64,000 nt of DNA from Eledone cirrhosa (GCA_964016885.1 OZ024745.1:21204001-21268000); one strand, 5' to 3'; positions 27,251-43,146 are shown, numbered from the stretch's first letter. Notes: generated by a model from the sequence alone, not told the origin. Translations and numbers: made by a program.

Positions 27251-27813
27251 CAAGGAAGAACACATTGGATAATGTAAACCTAGATACACTGTGAGAAAAA
27301 AGACGGGGAGATGAGGTGGTCATTCCATTTGACACCAAGGAAGAACACATTAGATAATGTAAACCTAGATACACTGTGAGAAAAAAGACGGGGAGATGAC
27401 GTGGTCATTCCATTTGACACCAAGGAAGAACACATTAGATAATGTAAACCTAGATACACTGTGAGAAAAAAGACGGGGAGATGACGTGGTGATTCCATTT
27501 GACACCAAGGAAGAACACATTAGATAATGTAAACCTAGATACACTGTGAGAAAAAAGACGGGGAGATGACGTGGTCATTCCATTTTACAGCAAGGAAGAA
27601 CACATTAGATAATGTAAACCTAGATACACTGTGAGAAAAAAGACGGGGAGATGAGGTGGTCATTCCATTTGACACCAAGGAAGAACACATTAGATAATGT
27701 AAACCTAGATACACTGTGAGAAAAAAGACGGGGAGATGACGTGGTCATTCCATTTGACACCAAGGAAGAACACATTAGATAATGTAAACCTAGATACACT
27801 GTTAGAAAAAAGA
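27251..27813 (+). repeat. 85-bp minisatellite, ~6.6 copies
   Basis: caaggaagaacacatt...cattccatttgacac starts at 27251, 27336, 27421, 27506, 27591, 27676 and 27761. Confidence 0.95.
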
Positions 27814-27939
27814 CAGGACAACGGGATGGTCACGTATGGAACGCCGTTTTTCACAGTTGTAAACCAGAACTGACATGTGTCTAAACAACAACTCTAGGGT
27901 GGCTCTACCTGAAAGAATAATAACAAAAATAACCTAATC

Positions 27940-30400
27940 ACCATTGACATTACCACCACTTTCACCACCATTACCACCATCACTATTACTACCACCAATA
28001 CCACCACCACTATTACCACCACCAATACCACCACCACTATTACCACCACCATCACCATCACCACCAACCACCACTATACCACCACCACCACCACCACCAC
28101 CACCACCATCACCACCACCACTACACCACCACTACACCACCACCGTCACGACCACTACACCACCACCACTATACCACCACCACTACACCACCACCACCAC
28201 TATACCACCACCACTACACCACCACCACCACCACCACCGCCACCACCACTGCACCACCACCGCCACCACCACTACACCACCACCACCACCGCCACCACCA
28301 CCGCCACCACCAATACACCACCACTACCACAACACCACCTCCACTACACCACCGCCACCACTACACCACCACCACCACTACACCACCACTACCACAACAC
28401 CACCACCACTACACCACCACCACCACTACACCACCACCACCACTACACCAGCTAAGTAGTCTCATTTCGTTATTTTTCTGACCGGTTTGTCAAGTAGTAA
28501 AACGTCTTCCATCAACTCAACATTACATTGACATTGAATGTAATAAGTATTCAACCACCAAAGTACCAGCAGCACCACAGCACTACCACCATCACCACAA
28601 CACCACCACCATCAGTACAGCACCACACCACCACCACCACAGCACTACCACCATCACCACAACACCACCACCATCAGTACAGCACCACACGACCACCACC
28701 ACAGCACTACCACCATCACCACAACACCACCACCATCAGTACAGCACCACACCACCACCACCATCACCACAGCACTACCACCATCACCACAACACCACCA
28801 CCATCAGCACAGCACCACACCACCACCACAATCACCACAACAACACCACCATCACCACAACACCACCACCATCACCACAGCACTACCCCCATCACCACAA
28901 CACCACCACCATCACCTCAACAACACCACCATAACCTCAACACCACCACCATCACCACAACACCACAACCATCAGCACAACACCACCACCATCACCTCAA
29001 CAACACCACTATAACCTCAACACCACCACCATCACCACAGCACTACCCCCATCACCACAACACCACCACCATCACCTCAACAACACCACCATAACCTCAA
29101 CAACACCACCATAACCTCAACACCACCACTATCACCACAACACCACAACCATCAGCACAACACCACCACCATCACCTCAACAACACCACCATCACCTCAA
29201 CAACACCACCATAACCTCAACACCACCACCATCACCACAACACCACCACCATCACCACAACACCACCACCATCACCTCAACAACACCACCATCACCACAA
29301 CACCACCACCATCAGCACAGCAACACACCACCACCCTCACCACAACACCACCACCATCACCACCACCATCAGCACAGCACCTCAACAACACCACCATCAC
29401 CTCAACAACACCACCATAACATCAACACCACCACCATCACCACAACACCACAACCATCAGCACAGCACCACACCACCACCACCATCACCACAGCACTACC
29501 ATCATCACCACACCACCACCACCATCACCACACCACCACCACCACCATCACCACCACCACCACCACCACCACCACCGCCGCCGTCACCACCACCACCACC
29601 ATCACCACCACCATCACCATCACCACCACCACATCACCAACACCATCACCACCGCCGTCACCACCACCACCACCACCGCCACCACCATCACCACAACACC
29701 CCCACCATCCCCACCACAACCACAGCCATCACCATCCACCACCACCACCACCACCACATCACCACATCACCACCATCACCACATCACCACCACCATCCCC
29801 ACCATCACCATCACCACCACCACCATCACCACCACCATCACCATCACCACCATCACCATCACCACCACCACCATCACCATCACCACCACCACCACCATCA
29901 CCACCACCATCACCATCACCATCACCACATCACCATCACCACCACCACCACCACCATCACCACCACCACCACCATCACCACCACCACCACCATCACCACC
30001 ACCATCACCATCACCATCACCACATCACCATCACCATCACCACATCACCATCACCATCACCATCACCACATCACCATCAGCACCATCACCATCACCATCA
30101 CCACCACCATCACCATCACCACCATCACCATCACCATCACCACCACCATCACCATCACCACCATCACCACCACCATCACCATCATCACCACCACCACCAC
30201 CACCATCACCACCATCACCATCACCATCACCACCATCACCACCACCATCACCATCATCACCACCACCACCATCACCATCACCACCATCACCATCACCACC
30301 ATCACCATCACCATCACCACCATCACCACCACCATCACCATCACCACCATCACCACCATCACCACCATCACCACCATCACCACCATCACCATCATCAACA
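27940..30400. repeat. (CAC/CAT/CAA)n compound trinucleotide tracts
   Basis: Low-complexity CAC-rich arrays, also at 26750-27070 and 56390-57380. Confidence 0.95.
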
Positions 30401-30852
30401 TTATTGTATACTATTATTAATAACTATTTCTTTTATGGTTTTATAGTAGTTCACGTGGTAAAATATTTTCCCCGGTTTAAGCAATAAATAACCCCTTTTT
30501 GTCAAATTTATTGAGGGTGAACCCCTTTTTTATACTAACCTAGGGTATTCCAACGATAAGCCATACGTATATAGTAAAATTATGAATATACTTTTTTTTT
30601 AAATTACTCAGAAATGTATTAGCTTATTTATCACTTTATCTCGTCGAACCCCTAGTGACATCTTGCGGAGACCCTAGGCTTCCGGTGAAGACTGGTTGAG
30701 AAATGTTGCTCCATACGCTTCATAACTAAATATTGAAGTGTGTAGTGTTTGTGGGAGAACAGATAGAGACTGAGGAGTGAAGAAGGTACATGTTCACTAC
30801 AACTGTTACACTACATTCCATACGATTTATAACTGCATGTCGCAGTTTACAG

Positions 30853-31220
30853 AATAATGGTTTCTACTCTTAGGCACAAGGCCAGCAATTACCCAGTGCA
30901 TTACTGGTACTTTATTTTATCGACCCCGTAAGGATGAAAGGCAAAGTCAACCTCGGCGGGATTTGAACTCAGATCATAAAGGGACGTAACTATGCTGGAA
31001 AGCAAGGCGTCCGACCCTCTACCGATACTGCCAATCCACCGCCTATTTACAGAATAATGGTTTCTTATATAGGCACAAGGCCAGCAAATTAGGGCGCGGG
31101 GGGGGGGGTCGATTACATCAACCCCAGTGCGTGACTGGTACTTTATTTTATCGACCCCGTAAGGATGAAAGGCAAAGTTAACCTCGGCAGGATTTGAACT
31201 CAGATCATAAAGGGCCGTAA
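30853..31220 (-). mobile_element. Nested or adjacent pair of Nin-domain-like SINEs
   Basis: Full copy 30853-31045 with TSD tttacagaataatgg, adjoining a second copy 31060-31220. Confidence 0.8.
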
Positions 31221-31794
31221 ATCTTTGAGATTGAGATACGGTACAACAGAAACAAGAAACAGATCAGTGGTTTGGTACCCTACATACGTACTGTAGGTCG
31301 GCTCAATTAGGGCTGACAGAGATAGACAACAACAAACTACTGCCACAACTCGAGTTAATCAAGTAACTTCTACGTGATCACTAGACTTGCTAAAAATATT
31401 AGCCAACTCTCCTTCAAATACAAAAAGACATGGTAGATAATGTAATTTTGATGGAAAATGGCGGGATTATTGTGATTTCTGGTATATCTTTGATCTACCT
31501 CAACTATAGTCTCTGTCACTACCACTAACACCACCGTCTCACACACCAGCATGGATGAGGAGGCCTTGACATGGAAATACGATATGCTAGAAATAGCAAC
31601 GAAGTCACCGTCAAATCACACTCTGTTATCTCAAATAATAAAAATTGATATTTGATATTGTATCCTTACATTCCGCTAAAAAGACGGGGTGGTCATATCT
31701 GGACCTTCTTTAATTCAGCGTCTACTGAGTTAAAATTGATTATGAGCAACTTATACAAACATTATCAACAACACTATTACCAACGACATTAATG

Positions 31795-31912
31795 GAGTTC
31801 AAATCCCGCCGAGGTTAACTTTGTCTTTCGTCCTTACGAGAGCGATAAAATAAAGTACCAGTAATGTACTGGATAATTGCTGGCCTTGTGCCGAAAAGTA
31901 GAAACAATTATT
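31795..31912 (+). mobile_element. Nin-domain-like SINE, 5'-truncated
   Basis: gagttcaaatcccgccgaggttaac...agtagaaacaattatta. Confidence 0.8.
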
Positions 31913-32204
31913 ACCACCAGCACCCCACATCACCACCACCAGCACCACAACCACCACCACTACTACCACCTCCACCACCACCACTACCAACACCACCACC
32001 ACCACCATTGCCACCACCACCATCATTACCACCACCACCACCACCACCATCACTACCATCACTACCACCACTACCATCACCACCACCACCACCATTCCTC
32101 CTTATCTTTACTTTATGGTTTCTTAATGTTAGCCGCCATTTTGTTATTGTTTCCTTTCATTATTCTTTATTGTTTTCTCTCTTTCTTTATTGACACAGCT
32201 ATAT

Positions 32205-34002
32205 GTCTCTGTATGTGTGTGTGTGCGAGTGTGTGTGTGTGTTAATGTGTGTGTGTAGGTGTCACTGGGTGTGAGTGTCAGTCTGTGTGTGTCAGTCTGT
32301 GTGAGTGTCTGTGTGTCAGTGTGTGAGTAGGTGTGTGTGTCAGTGTGTGAGTAGGTGTGTGTGCAGGTGTGTGTATGTCAGTGTATGTGTGAGTGTGTGA
32401 GTGTGTGTGGTATCAGTGTGTGTGAGTTTGTGTGTGCGTGTGTCTTTGCATGAGTGTGTGTGTGTTCATGTGTGTAAGTGTGTGTGTGTGAGTGTCTATG
32501 TGTGTGTATGCGTGTGAGTGTGAGTGTGTTAGTATGTATTTGTGTTTTTGAGTGAGTGTGAGTGTGTGTATGTGTGTTTGTATGTGTGTCTTTGCATGTG
32601 TGTTTGTATGTATTTTTGTATGTGTGTGTGTATGTGTGTATGTGTCTCTGCATATGTTTTTGCGTATATGTATATGTGTTTGCGTATGTGTTTTTGAATG
32701 TATTTGTGTGCATGTATGTGAGTTTCTTTGCATGTCTTTGTGTATATTTATGTGTGTGTATCTTTGTAAGTGTGTTTGTTTGTATTTGTGTGTATATGTG
32801 TGTGTGTTTGTATATATTTTTGCATGTGTGTGTTTTTGCATGTGTATTTGTATGTATTTTGTGTATGTGTATGTGTGTATGTGTGTTTGCATGTGTGTTT
32901 GCATGCATTTATTTGTGTATATGTATTCGTCAGTGTGAGCGTGCATGCATTTGTGCGTGTGAATGTGTATATATTTGTGCATGTGTGTATGTATATGTAT
33001 CTGTGTATGCGTGTTTATGTGTGTGAGTGTGTACGTGTATCTGTATATGTGTATGTTTATGTTGTTTGTTTCTGTTGTCTGTTTTTTTATTAATTTAATC
33101 TGTTTTTTTCTGGGTTTTTTAAATATATTTTTTACTTCTTTATGACGTATCGTGTGGTAAGAGCAGTGCCATGTTGACAGAGGTACACACACATACACAC
33201 ACATATACGCACATACACACATACACATACACACATACACACACATACACACACACACACACATACACATATACACACATACACACACATGTACACACAT
33301 ACTCATACACACACATACACACATATACATACACATACACACACACATACACACATACACATACACACACACATACACATACACACATACGCACATACAC
33401 ACATACACATACGCACATACACATACACACACATACACACATACACACACATACACATACACACACATACACACACATACACACACATACACACATACAC
33501 ACATACACACACACATACACATACACACATACACACATAGACACATACACACATATACACATACACACCCACACACATACACACACACACACACACACAT
33601 ACACACACACACATACACACACATTGACACACACACACACACATACGTACACACATACACACACACACATACATATATATAAATATATGCGTCTGTATGT
33701 GACTGTGTGTGTATGTGTGTATGTGGTTATGTATATATATATTTTTATATATTTATATATATACGTATATATATATATATGTGTGTGTGGGATGTGCGTG
33801 TATGTATATATATATATATTCGTATATTTATATATATACGCATATATGTGTGTGCGTGTGTGAGAATGTATGTCTGGGCGTTTGTGTGTATGTGTTTGTG
33901 CACGTATATGTGCATATATCTATATATATGTGTGTGTGCTTGTGTGCGTGTGTGTATGTGCTTGTGTGCGTATGTGTGTATGTGTATGTGTGTGTGTGTA
34001 TG

Positions 34003-34035
<33 letters not shown>
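32205..34035. repeat. Degenerate (GT)n/(CA)n tracts
   Basis: Long low-complexity dinucleotide sequence. Confidence 0.95.
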
Positions 34036-34699
34036 AAAGTAGAATCAACGAAGCAACGAACTAAACAGAGAAAAAATAAACTTTAAAATAATAGAAAAAT
34101 AAGAATAGAAAAAGCGGGAAAATATAAATTATAGAAAGGAAAGCACGAAACTCAACTGGGAAATTGTGGGAAAGAAAGAAGAGATGAAGGGGGGGGGGGG
34201 GGATAAGAGATAAGGATAGGAAGAAATGACATGAAATAAAGAACGAAAGAAGAAGTAGAAGAGAGAAAGAATGAAAGGTGGAATGGAAAACGAAATAGAC
34301 GAAAGAAAGAAATGAAACGAGGAATGGAAGATGAAATAGACGGGAGAAAGAAATGAAACGAGGAATGAATGATGACATAGAAGAAGAATAAAGAAAGAAT
34401 AAGACGGAGAAAGATAAAAATTAGTCTAAAAGAGGGAAATGTAAGAAGAGATTCTACAGACTAAAATAATACAACACTGGAACAAGATTAAAAAGAGAGA
34501 GACTGAAAGAATTTAAGAAGCGGATTGAAGGAGGGAAAGAAAAAACAGAATGAAAGAAATATTGAAAGAGGGAAGAAAAAAGGGTGAGAAAATGAAGGAA
34601 AGAGAGAAAGATAGAAAAAGGAATTTAAGATAGATGATAAATCCATGAAAACTGAGAAGAAATGTAAGTAGAAAATGGAAAAATTGAAGATATTATATA

Positions 34700-35046
34700 G
34701 GGAGGGGGGATTGGCAGTATCGGTAGAGGGTCGGACGCCATGCTTTGCAGTAAACAGTTACGGCCCTTGCCATTCTGAGTTCAAATCCCCCCGAGGTTAA
34801 CTTTGCCTTTCATCCTTACGGGGGCAATAAAATAAAATACCAGTAATGCACTGGGTAATTGCAAATCCCCTCGCATTCACCCAGTGTATTACTGGTACTT
34901 TATTTTATCGCCCCCGTAAGGACGAAAGGCAAAGTTACTGGTACTTTATTTTATCGACCCCGTAAGGATGAAAGGCAAAGTTAACCTCGGGGGGATTTGA
35001 TGCACTGGGTAATTGCTGGCCTTGTGCAAAAAGTAGAAACAATTAT
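34700..35046 (+). mobile_element. Nin-domain-like SINE with internal inverted and duplicated segments
   Basis: Sense 34700-34862, antisense core pieces 34879-35000, sense tail resumes 35000-35046. Confidence 0.8.
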
Positions 35047-35239
35047 ATAGGTGCAAGTAAACATTATATAAATAATTAAAAGAAAAGAAGAAACATTTTG
35101 CTTGAAGAATAGGCATGAAAACGAGCGAAAAAGAAAGAATTGTTAGAGAAAAGAAGAATGAACGAGGAAATTGCGGAAAGAAGGTTTGAATAAATGAAAT
35201 TCGGGAACGAAAAGTGTTCCTGAATATTTTCGGTTTATT

Positions 35240-35721
35240 GTAATCAGAAGAAGGGAGGTAGGTATAAAAGCCAAACTCGCTATCTTCAATTCGGTATTCG
35301 TGTCAACCCTTACCTATATTCATGAATCTTGGGTAATGACAGAAAGAATACGATCGCGAATACAAGCGGCCGAATTGGGGGTTCCTCCGAAGGGTCTTTG
35401 GAGTAACGTTACACGATAGAGTGGGTAGCTAGGAGATGAGAGAGTTACTCTAGGTAGAGCCGCTACATCACCGAATTGAGAGATCACTATGAGCATGTGG
35501 TTAGAATGTCTCAGGAAATAATCGCTGGACAGATCTTACGAGCAAAACCAACTGGCAAGAGACCCAACGGTAGACCCCGAGCAAGATGGTTGGATAATAT
35601 CCATGAGTCTGGCTGGTCTCGCTTGGGGATCCAACCGGATCAGTTGGAGACGGTTGTTTCTGACAGGACCCACTGGAAGGAGAGTTTGAAGACTCTGCTC
35701 TCACGACCCTCTCAGGAATAA
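35240..35721 (+). pseudogene. RTE-clade LINE 3' fragment
   Basis: KAKLAIFNSVFVSTLTYIHESWVMTERIRSRIQAAE...FLRRVFGVTLHDRV...HVVRM...GKRPNGRPRARWLDNI. Confidence 0.85.
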
Positions 35722-37975
35722 GTGAGCGAAGATGTTGTTTTTGCTGCTTAATCCCAGGTCAGCTATAATCGAACAATGATCAAAGGGTTTCCAGTAGTAA
35801 TGATCTCAGAAAAAAATGAAAAAATATATAAAGGATGGAACAGAGAAAGAAAGAATATACAAAGGAAAGAAAGAAATCATAAATGAAAGAGAAGAAAAAT
35901 AAAATATCTAAATGAAGAAAATATGGCAAGATAAATGATAAATAAAGAAAAATAGAATAAGAGAAACGGAATAAAGAAAGAAGGATGATGAGAAGAACAT
36001 TGCAAGGAAGAAATACAAAGTAGTAAACATTAGAGTAAACGAAAGAAAGAATGAGAAAATAGAAAGAAGTACTGAAAAAGAAAGAATGCAAATAAAGACA
36101 AAGCGAAAGATATATAAAAAGAAAGAAAGAATTAAAGAAAGAATGAAATAAATAAATAAATAAATAAAGAAAGAAAGAAAGAAAGAATGAAAGAAATACG
36201 AAAAGAATAATTTCTAATCTAGGCTCAAAGCCTACAATTGTTAGGGAGAAAAACCTTTCTTTCATCCACACCTGAGAAATGAAAAGCAAAGATGCCGTCA
36301 GCAGGATTTAAAATCAGAACCAAGTATTTGTCCGACAGATTCTGTTAATCCTAAATACAAATACTCAGAACAAGTAGAACCGCAACAAATAAGACAAGGC
36401 ATCACGTCCCACCTTTTAACAATTCTGTTATTTTATGTTATCGTCCACGAGAGGATGAAAGACAATAGAGTTGATCTTTGCAGGATTTGTTGAACTCAGA
36501 ACGTAAAGAATGGGATCAAACAGTGCAAGGTATTTTATCCACTGTACTGAAGGAACAAAAGAATCTAAACTATAATAAAGTAAGGAGTGCGGGACTGCGT
36601 CCAGAATATATTTTTTTTATCCCGTTTGTAAAATAAGTTGGATTACTTTGATTAAATAATGAATGAATATTACGTAATTTATCTACTAAATTTCGTTATT
36701 CTTGATTAAATATAAATAATATTGTTCCTTATTTTAAGATTCACTTCTTTAAAATGTTCAAATGTCAACACTTCCGGTTAGCGATCGCTTAAATAAACAT
36801 TCATATATTTCCGTCACTAATTTTCTCCTAATGCAGTTTATATATAATATCGTCTTTTTTAATGTATCATGGATTACGTTACTGATTACATAAGACAGTG
36901 TAACGCAGTCTTCGTTCAATTTCTGTGTATATTTCAATTACGATTTTATTTGATGTATCTTATCTACATGCATATATACTTGCGTATAATATCAATATAC
37001 ACACTACACATGCTAGCAGAAAACCACCCGAATGGTGGTTTTTCTGCTAGTAATAATAATTGAAGAATGGGATGGTGAAGGTGCGTGGCTTTGTGGTTAG
37101 GGTATTCGGCTAACAATCGTAAGGTCATTTGTTCGGTTCCCGCTGGCACGTTGTGTCCTAAAGGAAGATATATTTCCCGTTGCTCAAAGTACACTCAACT
37201 GGCAAAAATGAGTTGTACCTGTAATTTGAAGGGCCGGCCTTGTCATTTTCTGTATCACGCTGCATCTATCTGAGAACTGCATTAACGGTATGCGTGTTTG
37301 TGGAATGCTCAGCCACTTTCACGTTAATTTCACGAGCAGTCAGTTCCGTTGATCGGACAGCTGTAACACTCGTCGTCGTAAACGACGGAGTGCCCGTTAT
37401 ATATGGCATGACTTAAGGGAAGGACAGAACTGCTAAGGAAAGGAATGTATAAGACAGGTGAATCTACAGAAACAAGATGGAGGGCATAATGGAAGAAGCG
37501 AAGAAAAATAAGTAGAAGAAAAACGTTATCTCCTTTGTAAAACCTTCCAATAAACTTTTTAGTCTGTAGTAATGTCATTGCCTATTTGTGTTGGTAAGAT
37601 TTTGGTGTGTGTAAGTGCGTGTGTGTGTGTGTGTGAATACGTGTGTGTGCGCGTGTGTGTGTGAGTGTGTGTGCGTGTGTGTGTGCGTGTCTGTGTGTGA
37701 GTGTGGTTATGTTGAGTTCCTATTTTTGTTGGATGGATGATTATATCGATCGATCGATGGATGGAAATCAAGATAGTGATGGCCGTGTAGGGATATAGAC
37801 AGAGTGTTTTTCTTTCGTTTGTTTTATATGTGTGTATATATATATATGTAGGAGGCGAGTAATATTGTAGAACAATATAAACTATGCATATATCAGATAA
37901 GTAGCACTCAACAGTTGGTAGAACTGGAGTATATATTAAAGAAGAAATTAAAAGATGGTTAGAAAAGTTCCATAT

Positions 37976-38040
37976 ATTTTATTATGCGCATTTCGAAAAC
38001 ATCATCCTGGGACAAAAATTGTGTTCTCATCAGATAAAAT
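37976..38040 (-). ncRNA. Type I hammerhead ribozyme
   Basis: attttat CTGATGA gaacaca...tgttttc GAAA T GCGC A TA ataaaat. Confidence 0.82.
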
Positions 38041-38143
38041 AATTATTTTATCTGAATTAAAAATTATTTAAAATAATTATTTTATATTTAAAATAATTAT
38101 TTTATCACAATTAAAAATTGTGTTCTCATCAGAAAAAATAATT

Positions 38144-38211
38144 ATTTTATCTGATGAGACCACAATTTTTGTCCCAGGATGATGTTGTTTTCGAAATGCG
38201 CATAATAAAAT
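38144..38211 (+). ncRNA. Type I hammerhead ribozyme
   Basis: attttat CTGATGA gaccaca...tgttgttttc GAAA T GCGC A TA ataaaat; 7-bp stem I. Confidence 0.82.
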
Positions 38212-38424
38212 ATATGGAATTTTTTTAACCATCTTTTAATTTCTTCTTTATATATATATAGATCAGAAGATCAGAAGATCCCGTTAAGGGTGTAAGCAGC
38301 GATTCTTTGCTTAAACTTTAATCTGTTATTTTAATAAATATTTGCTCTACGGTTCTTATATATTTGATTTATATTTATCCTTATCAAGCCCTCTTTGGAT
38401 TTTAGTCTTCAAATTTATTATTAT

Positions 38425-38469
<45 letters not shown>

Positions 38470-39075
38470 GCCTGGGACCGGGGTTATTTCCCTTGCCGGA
38501 ATTAGCACGTGATAATTATAGATTCGATTAGCAGCTTATTGCAGCAACATATAATTTATCACTTCCATCCCAGGAAGAACGATAAACCTGTTGAAAAATT
38601 GAATCCAACGTTCGGTCATCAATTGCCAGGAGCTTGCCTTACAAGTAAGTCGGATATTTGATTTTGGATTCAGAGAAACACTTTAAACGTCTATTCGTCT
38701 AATTTGTCTTAAACGTCTATTCGTCTAATTTGTCCAGGTGTACTTTTTCTCAACCTGATTAGTGCTATCGTTGCTCTGGTATACATATTGTGTGTTATTT
38801 TAGCCTACCACAATGTTCGATTTGTCAAGCTTTTTAAACGTATGTTATTACTCTAAGGACCTATCTTATCGAGTGCTTTGCTAACTCATCATTTCATATA
38901 AGTAGGCCGAATTCACTTGCAAACCACTTGAAATAGCGATGTATATATGAATGTATATATAGTGTATTTGGCAATATACTGTATGCTTAATTAAAAGCAT
39001 TTTGAAGACCTTACGCTCTTGTTTTAAAGTAGTGATTATGTCACTTACTTCTTTTTTCAACAAACAAAGGGAGAT

Positions 39076-39121
39076 AAGCTGGCAGATCTCTGCTTCATAC
39101 TGTTGGTATTCCTCAGAGCTT
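39076..39121 (-). ncRNA. Hammerhead variant with G15.1-C16.1
   Basis: aagct CTGAGGA atac-caaca-gtat GAAG cag-agat-ctg CC agctt; all three stems pair. Confidence 0.65.
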
Positions 39122-39996
39122 AGCACGCCCATTGTCTGTTGAAAATTATGAATGTTGGATTCTTATAGAATTCCACTAATAATCAGGAACTGATTATACA
39201 GAGCGGTTGCCGGTCCAGCAAAAATTGAAGTTTTGTATTGTGTGAGAGTTCATCAATGACGGTTCTAGCAAATCTTCCTCTACTGCATCTCCTCTGAGTT
39301 GCTCCCCACAATACTAGCTTGTGTATGGAAATATGTAATATTCATTGGATATATAGATTAGATAAAAGACGAACATTTTCATTAAAATACTTTTTGTAAA
39401 GATTTCATTCTAGATCATTATGACATGGTTTTTCCACCAAATTTCATTAGATTTAATTGGAATTCTAAACTGTCACAAGTACACTACTCTGCCCACACAT
39501 ACGCACTTAACTAAACACATGTGTACAGACCATATTCTGTCTCTTGAGGCTACAACACGCAAATACACGTGCAGCTGCGTTCTTGTACATTGTTTTCATT
39601 GAATGAAATGCATACGTTCCATTCTACCTATTTGCACCGTTTATTTAATAGTATTTCTTTTTCTACTATGTTAAGTTCATCATGTGTTATTGCTCCCATT
39701 GTGTTTCTTTTTCATTTTCTCTCTGCTGTTTCTTAACGAAGTACCACAACCAAAAACAATAGTGTAAAATAACCTATCCGGCATTTCTATTTCTGGAAAT
39801 CTTGGTATTTCTTTATCTTCACTGATGCGGAGCCCAACGGGTTACACTGTATTGAATATTATCTCCCTTTATCTCTCTCTCTTTATATATATATATAGTG
39901 GTAGAACACTGGAACGTAATATCCGTAGTGGTAGAGCACTCAGTCCATGGGACGAGTTAGGTAGAAGTGGTTACACAACAGTTAGTTCACCATACC

Positions 39997-40032
39997 GAGA
40001 ACAATTGTTTCACCTTAGCGGATCCTCAGCTC
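39997..40032 (-). ncRNA. Minimal type I hammerhead ribozyme
   Basis: gag CTGAGGA t-cc-gctaa-gg-t GAAA C AATT G TT ctc. Short inverted repeat 39979-40000 / 40062-40083. Confidence 0.7.
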
Positions 40033-40515
40033 TTAATGGGCATGGTTATAAGGAGCAGTTATTCTCGGTATAGTGAACTAACTGTTCCTCCCGTTTGGCT
40101 TGTGTGGGTCTCTTCTTGCTCACATCTCACACACATCAACACGGTCAGTACCTCTCTCGCTCATGAAATCCACTCAGCTTATGCTGACCGGACAACCATG
40201 TTGCTTGTTTATTTTCCTATCTTCGGTTTGCTTTTATCCTTCTATGTTGTTTACTTGTCCCCCTCGCCTTACGCGAATTCTGGTCCCAATAAATTTGTTT
40301 AGTTATTGCTCGCACCAACCTGAGGTATCTGATTTTTAATGCGATGAAATATCAATGATGGTTGGAAAATCACTGACGAAGGACTATTTTTATCATATGT
40401 AACCCATGTGCAAACCATGCAGTATTCTTCTTTCTTCTCATGTTTTATATATATATATATATATATGAGCTCTATATATATTTATATGAGCTCTGCCGTC
40501 GGGGTTAAACATTTT

Positions 40516-40584
<69 letters not shown>

Positions 40585-40593
<9 letters not shown>

Positions 40594-40980
40594 TGTATTC
40601 CTGTCTGTGTGTTTGTTTGTTCACGAACTACTCCTATAGTTTTGGAGATAGACCTCCATGACCATATATATTCTGAAACTACATTGCCCAGGGTACTTGG
40701 ATAAGTATATTTCATTTTAATCAAAGGGTTCCCCGGGGGGCACAAAACTCCCACTGAAAATGTTTTCCCTTCGATTTATATGAAATTTAAACCATATGCA
40801 AATGACAAGATATGATGCCTATTCACATTTTTGTAATTACAGCAAATTTCAATAATATTAAGACACCCTAATGGGTGTTAAACCCCCTAGTGGGGTTCCC
40901 CGGGAGTACAAACCCCCGCTGAAAATGTTTTGCTTTTGATTTATATGAAATTTATCCCATGGATAAATGACAAGATATAT
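40585..40980 (+). mobile_element. Possible Helitron/DINE-like non-autonomous fragment
   Basis: atatataaag...ctgtctgtgtgtttgtttgttcacg start and an internal ~170-bp duplication; weak family evidence. Confidence 0.3.
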
Positions 40981-42010
<1,030 letters not shown>

Positions 42011-43017
42011 CACTTGGTGTACTTCCAGAATTGTCATTCTCTAAGGTGACGTCCCTATATTTCTCAAGGATCTCAATATATTTCAATATGGCCGTATTTA
42101 CTGTACATTACACTTCCAACAGGTTTAACGTTCTTCGTATCTGACACAGCATGAAAATAGAAACACGTTTGGACATCATGTTAGTTCTAACGTTGTTGTT
42201 GTTGTTGTGGTTGTAGTTGTTGTTGTTGTCGTTATTGTGGTTGTTGTTGTTGTGGTTGTTGTTGTTGTGGTTGTTGTTGTTGTGGTTGTTGTTGTGGTTG
42301 TTGTTGTTATTATTGTTGGTGTTGTTGTTGTCGTTATGGTTGTTGTTGTTGTTATTATTGTTGGTGTTGTTGTCGTTATGGTTGTTGTTGTTGTTGTGGT
42401 TGTTGTTGTGGTTGTTGGTCGTTGTGGTTGCTGTTTTTCTCGTCGTTGTTGTTGCTGTTTTTTTTGTAGTTGTTGCTGCTGTTGTTGTTGTTGATGATGT
42501 TGTCTTTGTTGTTGTCATTGTCTTGTTGAGTTTCTTGTTGTTGTTGCTGTGGTTGTTGTTGTTACTGTTGTTGATGTTGCTTTTGTCATCACCATCATTG
42601 GCGTTGTTCTTGTTATTGCTATCGTTGCTGTTGCTTTTATTGTTGGTGTTACTGTTTTTGTCATGCTCGTCGTTGTCGTCGTCGTCGTTGTTGTTGTTGT
42701 TATGGTTGATTCTGTTTTTTTTTCCTTTGTTTATCTTGTAGTTTTTCTTTTGATTATTATTATTATTATTTCTTTATATATTTTTCATATTTTTTTGTTT
42801 TTCTTTTTAGCTGTTATTAGTGCAGCTTCAGTTATTTTTGTTCTTATGTCTGAATATCCTCGGAGACATGTTTTTTTTTTTTTAGGAAAGAACAAAACAA
42901 AGAGAGAAAGAAAGAAAAACGAATACACACCACAGAAACACAGACATATAATATACATACATACATATGTATATATGTCTATATATATATATATATATAT
43001 ACATGTCTATATACATG

Positions 43018-43109
<92 letters not shown>

Positions 43110-43146
43110 CATATACATGTATATATATATATGTAAATATATATAT

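Larger units (their letters stand above)
37850..38250. mobile_element. Mini-PLE cassette in (TA)n with inverted HHR-bearing arms
   Basis: ~37938-38050 mirrors ~38138-38249, with a partial third copy between. Confidence 0.75.

Noticed and set aside
27251-27813. CRISPR-like regular repeat
   Set aside because: Units are contiguous and near-identical with no unique spacers or cas genes, in a eukaryotic context.
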